From Squalus acanthias (taxonomy: Eukaryota), in assembly GCA_030390025.1 (NCBI GenBank), contig CM059430.1, forward strand, positions 67,828,001-67,892,000: 64,000 nucleotides of DNA, read 5' to 3'. Shown one piece after another: positions 1-12,625 of the stretch (position 1 is its first letter; every line of letters begins with the position of its first letter). The notes below the pieces were generated by a model. The model saw only the letters and a program-made list of their open reading frames with translations, searched no databases and was not told the origin of the DNA. Position numbers and translations under genes: made by a program.

Positions 1-330
1 GTTCACACAGGTCCCAGGTCAACAGTAGAGGGTACCGCACTGTTTTGGCTTTCTAACTTACAGTAAGTTCCAGTGAAAAATCCCATAAAAACTCTGTGTG
101 CGAGGGCAATGACCTGCTGGCACCGTTCGGTCGCCACTGAGCGCAAAAATTGGCCCAAGATTACCATCCATCTGACACGGCGTATATTTTAGCATTATAT
201 TGTAGAATGCAGTCACAGTTAGTACTTTTTCAATAATTTATGAATTTTCAATCAGCAAAGCAATTATATAGGAAAACGTGAACTTTTTGATATATGTTCA
301 TGTTAACTCTGTATTCGTTATCAGGACAAA

Positions 331-452
331 TGAAAGAAAGAAAGGAATACTTGCATTTATATAGCGCCTTTCACGACCACCGGACGTCTTAAAGCGCTTT
401 ACAGTCAATGAAGTACATTTGAAGTGAAGTCACTGTTGTTATGTGGGAAACG
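331..452 (-). mobile_element. SINE 3' tail fragment (Deu-domain/L2-tailed SINE type)
   Basis: Short simple-repeat tail followed by ttgcatttatatagcgcctttcac...aaagcgctttacagtcaatgaagta, recognised as the tail of a common fish/shark SINE; a similar relic lies near 36598-36662. Confidence 0.55.
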
Positions 453-923
453 GTAATAACATAATGTTGCTAATGTTTATATTTATCCACTCAATTGACA
501 TTTCTGTCTTTTAAAAGCTTCATTAAAGATTTTGTTTCAATGATTCAACCTGTCTTAAAAGCTTAGGGGGAAAAATTAGGTCGCGCCCCATTTGGGGCGC
601 AAATATCGTCTGGACGCAAAAATTAGCGCCTGGCGCTAATTATCGCCACTGACTGGAAACTTCACTTTTACCGCCCCGGGAGGTGAGTGGAGCGCTAAAT
701 CAGGCACTGCACACCTGTCTTAAGGCGCAAAGGCCGAGCAGTGAGGCGCTAACTCAGCACGCGAGCGCAGCGCAGGTGCTGCCAGTTAGCGAGAGAACAC
801 AGACACACTGGCGCCGGCCAGTTCTTAAAGCGGGGGGGCCAACTTGCTCCCCAGCCACACCCTGCTCATTGCAGCCTTGAATCTCGGCCTGGAGAGACCT
901 GTGAATCCATTTTGCTGCCAAGG

Positions 924-2710
924 ATGGAGAGGGTGAGAGAACGAGCTCAGCGCTTCACCGAGCGGGCCTTGGATGCTCTGGTTGGCGTGGTGGAGCGCAG
1001 AAGATCTATACTCTTCCCTGAGAGTGGCAGGAGGCCTTTGCCACGCGAGTACAGAAGAGTGTGGAGGGAGGTGGCTCAGAGCGTCTCCTCCAGGAGCATG
1101 GTGCCCAGGACCCATGTTCAATGCCGCAAAAAGTTCAACGACCTCACTTGGATCGTCAGGGTGAGTGGCTTTTTCTCAATACCTCTCCATCCCTCTATCT
1201 CAACCTTACTCTATGGCAAAGGGTCTTAAAACCCCAATGCACAACACTCATCCAACACCTATGGCCCTTTCATGAAACACACACACACATTCCACACTTT
1301 GCATACAGTAAGGGCTATTCACCTATGGGAGGCACATCAAGCAAGACCATGGCTGCATACAGTAAGGGCTATTCACCTATGGGAGGCACATCAGGCAAGA
1401 CCATGGCTGTATATTTACTCAGATGCTGTCCTTTTACTTGCAGGCCAAGCTGGCGCATAATATGAGACAGCAGCAACGGACAGGTGGAGGGCGGACTCAG
1501 CTGCAACCACTCAGCGATGTTGAGGAGCGTGTCCACAGGATTGTGGCAAGCCGGGTAATCGGTCCCATCGCCACTGGAGACGCCGACCCCGTTCTGGACA
1601 GCAATGGTAAGGTCATCACCTTTTTGTCCTCTGTCCTTCCACTTGTCCCTCACAACACCAGCCTTTGACACTTTCAATCCAACTTGCTAACTCGCTGCAC
1701 TTATTCCTCCCTTACTGCCACCCTGTCCTCACGCTAAAGCCACTCTTGTACCTCCCTGCTTTCAGATGGTGATTCACCAGCTGAGGAAACGGGCCCTGAA
1801 GCTGCCAGTGGGAGTGAAGCTGCAGCCGAGGAGGAAGAGGAAGCCGGAGCATCAGTGCCACCCTCTCCTGAGGAAGCCCTTGCCCACACTGGGAACACGC
1901 CTTCCCTGGAGGGGAGCAGGGGGGAAGGGTCTGATGAGGGTGAAGCTCCAGGACCCAGCGGGCTGCAGCAACGCCATGGGTGTAGGGAAGAACGGGGGCC
2001 TTCTCCCCAGAGGGAGAGTATGCCAGCGACTCCTACTGCAATGGACGCAGAGGAGGAGCGGCTGATCGCAGAAATGAACACCCAGGCGGTGGGCATGCAC
2101 AATGAGCTCATGGGTGCAGTGGGAAGGGTGCCCGAATGCATTGAGTCACTGGCAAGGAGTGTGGAGCACTTCGCTGTAGCACAGGCGGATGCCACACTAA
2201 AGCTTAGTGCTGCAATTCAGTCACTGACTGCCGTGATCCCATCTCTGACTGCTCTCATGCAGACTCAGATTGAGGCCACGCGAGCACTGACTGCTGCCAA
2301 CCTCGATGGTTCGTTCACATGTCCCCGGGGCTCTCACCGCGCCGCAGCAGGCCAGCAATCTGTGCTCCAGCAGATTGCTCCGGATGCTGAAGTGCTGCCC
2401 CGTGGGAGTGCCAGTGTGTCGGTCAAGCAGGGAGTTGCTGTCCTCTCTCACGATGACAGCATTCCTGCTGCCAACCTCTCCACTGCACTTGGCACCGCCT
2501 GTAGGACAGACTGCTGCCGGCAATGCAGAGTTGGTGCAGTCTGCAGCCGGGCCCTCCAGGCCCAGAACTGGTCGAGGCCATCCTTCAGGGGCATCTGCAG
2601 TGTCAGGGTCTGACAATCAGCAGCCTTCCACCAGCCTTGCTGCAGCCACTGAGGTCCCATTACGGAGGAGCAGTAGGGTTAGAAGGGGGGAAGTGTGCAA
2701 GGGAAGTTGA
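924..2710 (+). CDS. Harbinger Myb/SANT-like DNA-binding protein, 3 exons (924-1160, 1444-1606, 1766 to 2613 or 2710)
   Basis: Exon 1 encodes RAQRFTERALDALV...W.EVA..VS....RT..QCRKKFNDL (Myb/SANT-like); GT-AG introns in compatible phases (0, then 1); exon 2 has the typical R.RTGGG motif; exon 3 is in frame with ORF 1855-2613. A probable frameshift near 2480-2500 moves the basic C-terminus (AGPSRPR..RRSSR) into ORF 2306-2710. Confidence 0.85.
1300..1407 (+). repeat. 54-bp tandem duplication (2 copies) in intron 1 of the Myb/SANT gene
   Basis: tgcatacagtaagggctattcacctatgggaggcacatca(a/g)gcaagaccatggc at 1300 and 1354, one mismatch. Confidence 0.95.
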
Positions 2711-3046
2711 TCACCCTCGAAGGGCAAAAAGTAGGAGGTGTGACAAAATGCTGGTCATTTTTTTATTAAAGGCCGAGGTTCGTGGTCCAACTTTTGTCTA
2801 GTGTTTTGGACATTATCTCCAGGTTGTGAGAACCAGTTATGTTAATGACTGTTTTTTTGTGTTTATTTCTATCAGTTTGTCATGAGGAAATGACACACAC
2901 AGAGTTTGTAAAATTAATAAGTTTTTGTATTCAAAATATACATGTTTGGTGTTTGGAATCATTGGTGCCTTGGCCGGCTTAGGGGTTGCGTGCTGGGTTC
3001 ATTGATGTTGTTAGCAATGGCAGAAGCCATTTCCACAGCAGGGGCC

Positions 3047-4207
3047 CTAGAAGCGGCTTGCTATCAGCCGTTGACCGACGGCCCTTGCAGTTTCAACATT
3101 GTGGGCCGCCCTCCCGCCTTGGTGCTGCTGATGATCATCCTCCTCGTCCTCTTCCTCCTCTTCCTCCTCGTCCTCTGGTGGTGCTCCAAGGCCTGGTGGC
3201 ATTGGCTGGGTCCTGACGATTGCCATGTTATGCAACATGCAGCACACAACTACGAAGTTGGATACTCACTCAGGCGAGTACTGCAGGGCTCCTCCAGAAT
3301 GGTCGAGACAGCGGAACCGTTGCTTCAGCACGCCGATTGTGCGCTCAATGATGTTCCTGGTAGCTTGATGGCTCTCGTTGTACCGCAGCTCAGCAGGGGT
3401 GTTGGGCGTACGGCGTGGTGTCATCAGCCAGGTGCTCAATGGATACCCCTTGTCCCCGACAAGCCAACCAACTGGCTGATGCGGTGCCTCGAAAAGTTCT
3501 GCCACAGTAGTCTGGCGCAGGATGAAAGCATCGTGGCAGCTGCCAGGATAGTGGGCATTGACAGCGAGTATCAGCTGTCTGTGGTCACAGACCAACTGAA
3601 CATTCAAGGAATGGAACCCCTTTCTGTTCCGGAAATCCTCGGCATTCTCATGTGGAGCACGCAAAGCCACATGCATGCAATCAATGGCGCCCTGCACCAT
3701 GGGGAAGCTCGCTATCCACGCAAAGCCCAGTGCGCGGTCACGCTGCTTGTCTAGGGTCATGGGGAAAGAGATGAACTCTCGTCTCCTTGTAAAGAGGGCA
3801 TTTGTGACCTGCCGGATGCAGCAATGCACCGCGAACTGGGAGATATTGGCGAGGTCTCCAGCAGCAGCTTGAAATGAGCCAGTAGCATAGAAGTTGAGAG
3901 CCACTGTGATTTTCACTGCCACCGACAGAGACGTCCTGGACCTCAGTTGAGGCTGCAGATCTGGCTGCAGCAGGTGGCAGAGCTCAGTGACCACCTCCTT
4001 GCTGAATCGCAGCCTTCGCAAACACAGCTCCTCAGACATATGAATGTAGGAGAGCTGTTCACGATATACCCTGGGAGGGTAAGCTCTCCTGTACATACGC
4101 CTGTTGGCCCTCCTCCGTCTGGCCATCATTGCCACTCTCTCTCTGCGTCTCTGTGTCCTCCGATTCAGCTGGAGCAGGACGACGCCCCCATTCAGTGCAG
4201 CCCCCAT
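3047..4207 (-). pseudogene. Harbinger (HARBI1-like) DDE transposase with one in-frame stop
   Basis: ATG at 4207; motifs GAIDCMH, NRKGFHSLNVQLVCD, PGSCHDAFI, GDKGYPL, IERTIGVLKQRFRCL; TGA at 3268-3266, after which the same frame resumes (VSNFVVVCCMLHN...acidic tract...LIASRF*, ORF 3047-3247). Confidence 0.93.
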
Positions 4208-5284
4208 AGTCTCTTTGCAAGCAAAGTTATGAAGGACAGCAACCAAAGTACCAGCGAAGTTAGGATCAGTAGGCAAAACTACCTGACAAAGCATTGATCT
4301 CTCTCTCCGAATCTCTCTCTCTCTCTCAGAACGAGTGGTGCAAAAATGTCAACCACAGAAAAAGACAGGAAGAGGCCCCCTTTAAATAGCGCCCCCCCCC
4401 CCAGCCCCACAGCGAATGATAGCGTTCCAGTCTTCCGGTCGTTGGATGCGCCAGACGGTAAGGCAGGGGGCGCCACTCAATTTCCGCTCCGGGGCGCCAC
4501 AAGGGCGTTGCACCAAGGAATGACGTCACAATCTGCGCACGCAGCTGGTCGCAGCGGTAAAGTTTAGCGCCGCCGCACAATGTCTAGTTAAGTTCCCGAG
4601 CGGCGCTAATGGAAGGCGCAACGAACTGAATTTTTCCCCCTTAGAATTCAACTGGATATTTGTTTATCTCACAGCAGTTGGATGGGTCGTTCAAATACAA
4701 TTGTGCATTATGAGTTTGTGTGGCATGCAAAAGTTTACAGCGTGCAATTTTTGCATTCCAAAGAATATCCCTACATTTTTCCAGTGCATCAAAATGAATT
4801 GAAGAGTAGAGGATATATCCGTTCAGTCCTGATATTTTGAAAATTGCTTTGCTTTTTCCAAAAGACTTTGAAATAAATTGGATGTTGAATTCTCAAATGA
4901 AAGTGAGGACATTTATTAAGAGATGCTGTTCTCTGTTGTGAACTGCTTAGACAACGCCTGTGAGGGACAGACCCAGTGATTAGCAACATTGTGACTGTGG
5001 TTTCCACAACCAAAATTTTACTCTAATTAAAGTGTGCCATTAAATTCAGTGGTCGTGATCTGCCATAGCTTCAGCAATAAACTGGATAAACATTCATAGG
5101 AACAGAGCAAATGACTGAAAAACTGGGGCAATCGCTGTGGAATTTCATGGCTTGTAATTTGGTATATAAACAAAAGAACAAACGTTTCATGCTTATGTTT
5201 CGGGCATAGGCTGAAAGCGAATATTGTGAAATTTTACACCTCCACTCCATTGATTGCAAGAAGCAGAGCATTTATATTTATATG

Positions 5285-6902
5285 GTTCGGACTCCTGCAT
5301 CACCATTCCTGGGTATGTCCTGTCTCACCGGCAAGGCACACCTACCAGAGGTGGCAGCACAGTGCTACACAGTCGGGAGAGAGTGGTCATGGAAGTTCTC
5401 AGCATTGACTCCGGACCCCATGAAGTCTCATGGCATCAGGTCAAACGTGGGCAAGGAAAACTCCTGCTGATTACCACTTACTGCCATCCCTCAATTAATG
5501 AATCAGTGCCATGTTGAACACCAGTTTGAAGAAGCACTGAGGGAAGCAAGGGCACAAATGTACTCTCAGTAGGGGACTTCAAAGTCCTTCAAAGTGATGG
5601 AAGGTGTCGTTGACAGTGCTATCAAGAGGCACTTACTCACCAATAACCTGCTCACCGATTCTCAGTTTGTGTTCCACCAGGACCACTTGGCTCCTGGCCA
5701 CTTTACAGCCTTTGTACAAATATGGACAAAAGAACTGAATTCAGAGGTGATGTGAGAGATGCTGCACTTGACATCAAGGGAGAATTTGACCGAGTGTGGC
5801 ATCAAGAAGCTGTAGTAAAATTTTAGTCAATGGGAATAAGGAGAAAATGTTCTACTTTGTCTGGAGTCATACCTAGCACAAAGAAAGATGTTTGTTGTTG
5901 TTTGAGATCAATCATCTCAGCCCCAGGACATCGCTGCAGGAGTACAGCAGGGTAGCGGCCTACGCCCAACCGTCTTCAGCTACTTCATTAATGAGCTTCC
6001 CTCCGCCATATGGTCAGAAGTTGGATGTTCGCTGATGGTTGCACAATGTTTATTTCCATTCACAACTCCTCAGATAATGAAGCGGTCTTTGCCCTCATGC
6101 AGCAAGACCTAGACCACATTCTAACTTGGGCTGGTAAGTGGCAAGTAACATTTGCACCACAATCGTTGCAGGCATTGACCATTTCCAAAAATAAATAGTC
6201 TAACCACCTCCCCTTGACATTCAACGGCATTACCATCGTCGAATTCCTGACATTCAACATCCTGGGGGTTACTGAAACGTAACTGAACCAGCCACATAAA
6301 TACGTTGACTACAACAGCTGGTCAGAGGCTGGGTATTCTGTGGCGAGTGACGCACTTCCTGACTCCCCAAAAGTTTTCCACCAGCTACAAGGCACAAGTC
6401 AGGTGTCTGATGGAATACTCTTCACTTGCCTGGATAAGTGCGCGTCCAACAACACTCAAGAAGCTCAACACCATCCAGGACGAATGAGCCCGCTTGATAG
6501 GCACCCCATCCACCAGCTTGAACATTCACAACCTCCACTGGCAGTGCACCGTGACTGCAGTTTGTATCATCCTCAAGATGCAATGCCAAGCCTTCATCGA
6601 CAGCACATCCCAAATCCTCAAACCATATCACCTAGAAGGACAAGGGCAGCAAGCGCTGGGGAACACCATGACAGTCAAGTTTCCCTCCAATTAACACACC
6701 ATCCTGACTTGCAAATATATCGCTGCTCCTTCATCGTAGCTGAGTCAAAATCCTGTAACTACATGCCGACCAGAACTGTGGGAGTACCTTCACCACATGG
6801 ACTGTAGCGGTTCAAAATGGCGGATTACCATCACTTTCTCAAGGTAACTTAGGGATTGGCAATGAATGCTGGCCTTGCCAGAAACGCCCACATCCCCTGA
6901 AT
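5285..6902 (+). mobile_element. Non-LTR retrotransposon 'family B' (CR1/L2/Jockey supergroup), decayed, internally deleted near 5590
   Basis: Endonuclease-region fragment joined to RT remnants (MFADGCT, WAGKWQVTFAP, YKAQVRCLMEYSSLAW); same sequence recurs at 12626, 19750, 26703 and 53872. Confidence 0.85.
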
Positions 6903-6922
6903 GCTGCAATTCAAACGCTAAT

Positions 6923-7090
6923 GGGTATAAATTCTTCTTGTGCGGTAGTGGGAAAACACGCAACAGCGAACCGGCTGCCGATTTTCCATATCATTTACTT
7001 CAACGAAAAAATAATCGGGTGGAGTGTAAAACAGAATGTCAGTTCACTATCGCCCATTTTGCCCTAACGCACAAGACACATTTCTACCCC
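6923..7090. mobile_element. Short MITE with ~50-bp imperfect TIRs
   Basis: gggtataaattcttcttgtgcggtag... versus the reverse complement of ...ctaacgcacaagacacatttctacccc; AAT on both flanks. Confidence 0.65.
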
Positions 7091-7142
7091 AATATGACAC
7101 TGGAGTAGATTTGAGTTTCTGCGATAAGGAAAATCGGACAGT

Positions 7143-7670
7143 GAGGCCGAGATTTTCCGGGTGTCAGAGGGCGCGATCAGCAGGGGGGTCGGGTGGAAAA
7201 GTGTTTTTTTCCCAAGCGGGTCGGAACCCTGCTGTGAACCCACCGCCCCATGACTTTACCTGTGAAATGCCTGTCAGCGCTGAGCAGACCCGACATGCAG
7301 CGGTGGGGGACCCAATTCAGGTCATTATGACCTTGTTTGGAGATCATTGAGAATACATTTGAACTCATATTATGATTTTACGTTCTCGTCCAGGGGGTCC
7401 ACACTGGTCGTGGACCACGTCTGCCAAGCTGAGGCGGGGGTTCAGTCGCCATTGAAACAGCTGTTGAGTTGAAAGCTTCAAATGTACAGTAAAAGCTCTC
7501 ATCTTACAGAGATATCTTCCCTCAGCCACAAGCTCTTCCTTATTGCATTTCCCCGACAGATTCACCATGCTGCAAGTCTTCACACAAGTCTCCATCCAGT
7601 CTGAGCTCATTACCTCTCTCACCAGAGACAGATCGCTTCTGTCATTTCTACATCACCTGCTCTGCATCTT
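7143..7670 (+). mobile_element. Terminal arm of a non-autonomous Harbinger-like element
   Basis: ctgtcagcgctgagcagacccgacatgcagcggtgggg (7271) matches the reverse complement of 19487-19525. Confidence 0.5.
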
Positions 7671-8704
7671 TTTCTTATTTAATAAATGAATAAATAAATA
7701 CTTGTGTATGTATATATGAACATAATCACAGGCAACATGTTCCTAACGGAGAACCTTGGCCTTATTCCTATAGTGTTGGAAAAGGGAATACTTGTACACT
7801 AACTGTTGTCTTCTCTTATACATTTTTTTTGATGTTGAACTGTTGAATGCAGGTAGCCTGTGAGCAAATGACTTATCTGGAAGTACCTCCATAGTTATGT
7901 TCCAGATAAATCAATCTTACCGTAATACACAGAGTGAACAACTTAGAGTTTGGTAAGTGTGGGAGTTTTAAGGGTTAATTTATTTTAAGGGTTAATCTCT
8001 TTTAAAATCTATTGTTAATTGCTAGTAGATCTTAAGTAAGATCAACTGTTTAAGATACATTTTAAACTTTTAATTTTTAAGTTTCATTCAGGCTTAAGCA
8101 GAGACAAACAAGCAAGTTCTCCTACTGGAGAGCTGCTGTAGTTAATTAATTAGCTAGCTAGATTAAACTGGTTCATGAAACAATAGCAGAGCAGTGCTGA
8201 CTCACCTGAGTTACAAACAGTATAAATACAGCGGCCTGTGAGTGCAACCAGTGCTGAGTGCAGTGGGCAAAGAGTGAACAACTTGGGAGTTTGGTAAGTG
8301 TGGGAGTTCGGTGAAGTGGGGGAAGGTGGACCTGCTTTGCATTGCTGTTCCTAAATTCTCCCGCAGAGCGACAGCGGACCTGAGCTGGAGCATACTGAGG
8401 CCCGAGAGTGGGGATAAAAGCAGCAACAGACCTGCAACAACAAGAGAAAACTGAAGTGTGACGTCACAGGTAAGGCAGGTAAGTGACTGGTAGTGTCTGT
8501 GGGCTAAGTTTTAAGTTAACATATAGCATATCACTACATTTTGAAAACTAAACATAATTTAATTAATTTAATAATCTAAACGAGGTAAATCATTTAATTA
8601 ACACTAAACTACTTCATTAAATAAATAAAATAACGGGTGAACAGGAGATGTGTTGCTGCTGCAATATGTGAGAGCTTGTTGACATTTTTGTCCCGTGCGA
8701 CTAC

Positions 8705-10402
8705 ATAGAACATAGAAAAGTACGAGCAGGAGTATGCCATTCAGAACTTCCAGCCTGTTCTGCCATTCAATATGATCATGGCTGATCCTCTAACTCAATA
8801 CCATATTCCCGCTCACTCCCCATAGCCCTTGATGCCTTTTGTGTCTAGAAATCTATCTACCTCCTTCTTCAATATATTCAGTGACTTTGCGTCCACAGCC
8901 TTCTGTGGTAGAGAATTCCACAGGTTCATCAACCTCTGAGTGAAGACATTTCTCGTCATCTCAGTCCTAAATGTCCTACCCCATATCCTGAGACTGTGCC
9001 CCCTCGTTCTTGAGCCCCCAGCCAGGGGAAACATCCTCCAGTCTGTCTAGCCCTGTCAGAATATTATACGTTTCTAAGAGATCCCCTCTCATTCTTCTGA
9101 ACTCTAGTGAATGCAGGCATAGTCGTCCCAATATCTCCTCATACGACAGTCCTGCCTTCACAGGAATCAGTCTGGTGATCCTTCGCTGCACCCCCTCCAA
9201 GTATATCCTTTCTTAGGTAAGGAGACCAAAACTGCACACTGTACTAAAGGTGTTGTCTCAACAAGGCCCTGTATAACTAGTAAGACATCCTTGCTCCTGT
9301 ACTCAAATCCTCTTGCAATGAAAGCCAACATACCATTTGCCTTCCTACTGCTTGCTGCACCTGCATGTTTGCATTCAGTGACTGATGTACAAGGAAACCC
9401 AGGTCCCTCTGTACATCAACATTTCCCAATCTAACACAATTTAAATAATACTCTGCCTTTCTGTTTATCCTACCGAAGTGGATAACTTTACATTTATCCA
9501 CGTTATACAGCAACTGCCATGTCATTGCCCACTCACTCAACATGTCTAAATCGCCTTGAAGCCTCTTTGCATCCTTCTCACAACTCACAATCCCACCTAG
9601 TTTCGTGTCATCAGCAAACTTGGAAATATTACATTAAGTTCACTCATCCAAATCATTGATATCTCTTGTGAATAGCTGGGGCCCAAGCACTGCTACCTGT
9701 GTCACCCCACTAGTCACCACCTGCCGCCCCAAAAAAGACCAATTTATTCCTACTCTCTGTTTCCTGTCTGTTAACCAATTTTCAATCCATGCCAGTATAT
9801 TGCTCCGAATCCCATGTGTTTTAATTTTGCACACTTTCCTCTTATGTGGGATTTTATCAAAGGCCTCCGGAAAATCCAAATACACCACATCCACTGGTGC
9901 TCCCTTATCTACTCTACCAGTTACATCCTCAAAAAACTCCAGTAGGTTTGTCAAACACGATTTCCCTTTCATAGATCCATGTTGACTTTGTGTAATCCAG
10001 TTGATATTTTCCAAGTGTCCTGTTGTCACATCCTTTATAATAGACTCTAGCATTTCCCTACTACTGATGTTAGGCTAACCAGTCTGTAGTTCCCTGTTTT
10101 CTCCCTACCTCCTTTTTTAAATAGTGTGGTTACATTTGCCACACTCCAATCTGCAGGAACTTTTCCATAATCTATAGAATTTTGGAAGATGCCAACCAAT
10201 GCATCCACGATTTCCATGGCTTACTCTTTTAGTACACTGGGATGCAGATTATAAGGCCCTGAGGATTTACAGGCTTTCAGTCCCGTTAATTTCTACAGCA
10301 CTATTTTTTTACTAATAATAATTTCCTTTAATTGCTCCTTCCCACTAGGCCATTGGTTCCCGCGCATTTCTGGGAAGTTATTTGTGTCCTCTTTGGTGAA
10401 GA
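8705..10402 (-). mobile_element. 5'-truncated CR1 inserted in reverse into ORF1 of the host CR1
   Basis: Minus-strand RT fragments (ORFs 9640-10053, 9277-9588, 8976-9200, 8813-9034) and 3' tail at 8705; host ORF1 zinc-finger region resumes at ~10403. Confidence 0.92.
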
Positions 10403-12625
10403 CATATCCGGGAAGTGTCTGCAGCTCGAGGAACTTCAGCTCCGATTTGAGGCGCTGGAGTCCGAGCTGCAGACATTGCGAGACATCAGGGAGGGAGAAA
10501 GTTACCTGGACCTTTTGCTCCAGGAGGCAGCCACACCCCTTAGATTAAATACTTCAGCATTGGCACGTGGTCAAGGACAGGATGGTGTGACTGCGAATGA
10601 GGCACGTACGGTGATCCAGGTAGTAGTATTGCAGGAGCCTCAGTCCCTGCCCTTGTCTAATAGATTCGAGGTTCTTGTAACCCGTGTGGACAAGTGTAGG
10701 GACTGCGGAGAGCATGAGTAAAGTGACCACGGCACCGTTGTACAGGAAGCCATTCAACTGGGTGAAGTAAAAAGGAAGGTGATTGTTGCAGGCGACAGTA
10801 TAGTTATGGGGATATACACTGTTATCTACAGCCAGGTGCATGAGTCCCGAAGGCTATGTTGCGTACCCGGTGCCAGGGTAAAGGACAACTCCTCCGGGCT
10901 GGAGAAGAACTTGGAGTGGGAGGGGGAGGATCCAGTTGTCATGGTCCACGTAGTTACCAACGACATAGGCAGGACAAAGAAAGATGTTCTGCTGAGAGAG
11001 TTTGAGCAGCTAGGGAGTAAATTAAAAAGCAGAACCACAAAGATAATAATCTCTGGATTGTTACCTGAGCCACGAGAAAATTGGCATAGGGTCAATAGGA
11101 TCAGGGAGATCAATGCGTGGCTCAAAGATTGATGTGGGAGAATTGGGTTTCGATTTTGGGGCACTGGCACTCGTACTGAGAGATAAGAGAGCTGTTCCAT
11201 TGGGATGGACTACACCTGAACCATTCTGGTACCAGAGTTCTAGCGAATCAAATAACTAGGGAGGCAGATAGGGCTTTAAACTAAATAAGGGATGGGGGGG
11301 AGGGTCCCGGTGGAGAGAAATCTAGATTGCTAAAGATAAAAGACAAGGAAGCAGTGCAGGAAAATGATTGTGGTAAGGATAAACAGATTGTGTCAGAAAG
11401 GGACAGAGTGTACAAACAAAAGAGTGCACTAACAAACAGGTCCCGGGTAAGAAAAAAATGGTAAGAGGTCAAATGAGGGATTAGTACCAAAAAATGTTAA
11501 GATGTCTAACAATGTTAAAAAGACAAATCTAAAGGCACTGTGTTTGAATGCACGAAGCATCCGTAATACGGTAGACGATTTAACAGTGCAAATAAATGTA
11601 AACGGATACGATATAATAGCGATTACGGAGACATGGCTGCAGGGTGACCAAGGCGGGGAGCTGAATATTCATGGTTTTTAGGAAGGACAGGATAAAGGAA
11701 AAGGAGGTGGGGTGGCGTTGTTTGTAAAGGATAAAATCAGAGCAAGGATATTGGCTCAGAAAATCAAGATGTAGAATCAGCCTATGCGGAGCTAAGAAAC
11801 ACCAAGGGGCAGAAAAAATTGGTGGGAGTTGTCTATACGTCTTCAAACAGTAGTGGTAATGTAGGGGACAGCACCAACAGGACATTAAAGATGCATGTAA
11901 CAAGGGTACTGCAGTAATCGTGGAAGACTTTAATCTAACTATAGACTGGACAATCCAAATTAGCAGTAATACTGCAGAGGATGAATTCACGGAGGGTGTA
12001 CGAGATGGCTTTTTGGACCAGTAGGTTGAGCAGCCAACTAGGGAACAGGCTATCCTAGATTGGGTATTGTGCAATGAGTAGGGGTGAATTAATAATCTGG
12101 TTGTGCGGAGTCCTTTCGGGAAGAGTGACCATAACATGTTAGAATTCTTCAATAAGATGGAAACTGAAGTAGTCCAATCCGAAACTAGTGTCCTAAATCT
12201 CAACAAAGGAAACTACGAAGCTATGAGGAGTGAGTTGGCTAAGATAAATTGGGGAGCTTCATTAAAAGGTATGACCGTGGATAGACAATGGCTAACATTT
12301 AAGGAACGAAAGCATGAATTGCAACAGTTATACATTCATTTCTGGAGCAAAAACACAAAAGGAAAAGCGGCCCAACCATGGCTAACAAGAGAAATTAAGG
12401 ACAGTATTAGATCAAAAGATGAGTCATATGAAGTTGGCAGAAAAAGTAGCAAGCCAGATGATTGGGAGCAGTTTAGAATTCAGCAATAAATGACCAAGAG
12501 ATTGATTAAGAGGGGAAAATAGAGTATGAGAGTAAACTTGCAAGGAACATAAAAGTCGACTGTAAAAGCTTCTACAAGTATGTAAAAAGAAAAAAGATTA
12601 GTGAAGACAAATGTAGGTCACTTAC

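Larger units (their letters stand above)
566..4640. mobile_element. PIF/Harbinger DNA transposon, full length, autonomous-type structure
   Basis: Perfect 12-bp TIR GGGGGAAAAATT (566-577; AATTTTTCCCCC at 4629-4640); TTA target-site duplication at 563-565 and 4641-4643; contains convergent Myb/SANT and DDE transposase genes. Confidence 0.95.

Noticed and set aside
2942-3754. 270-aa + strand ORF with a hydrophobic stretch
   Set aside because: Antisense shadow of the transposase; the apparent TM segment is the reverse complement of its acidic GAG/GAC tract.
3047-4207. Domesticated host HARBI1 gene
   Set aside because: Flanked by TIRs and a TSD, paired with the Myb gene and intronless: a transposon copy.
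10779-11132. Host GDSL/SGNH esterase gene
   Set aside because: It is the known esterase domain of CR1 ORF1, directly upstream of ORF2.
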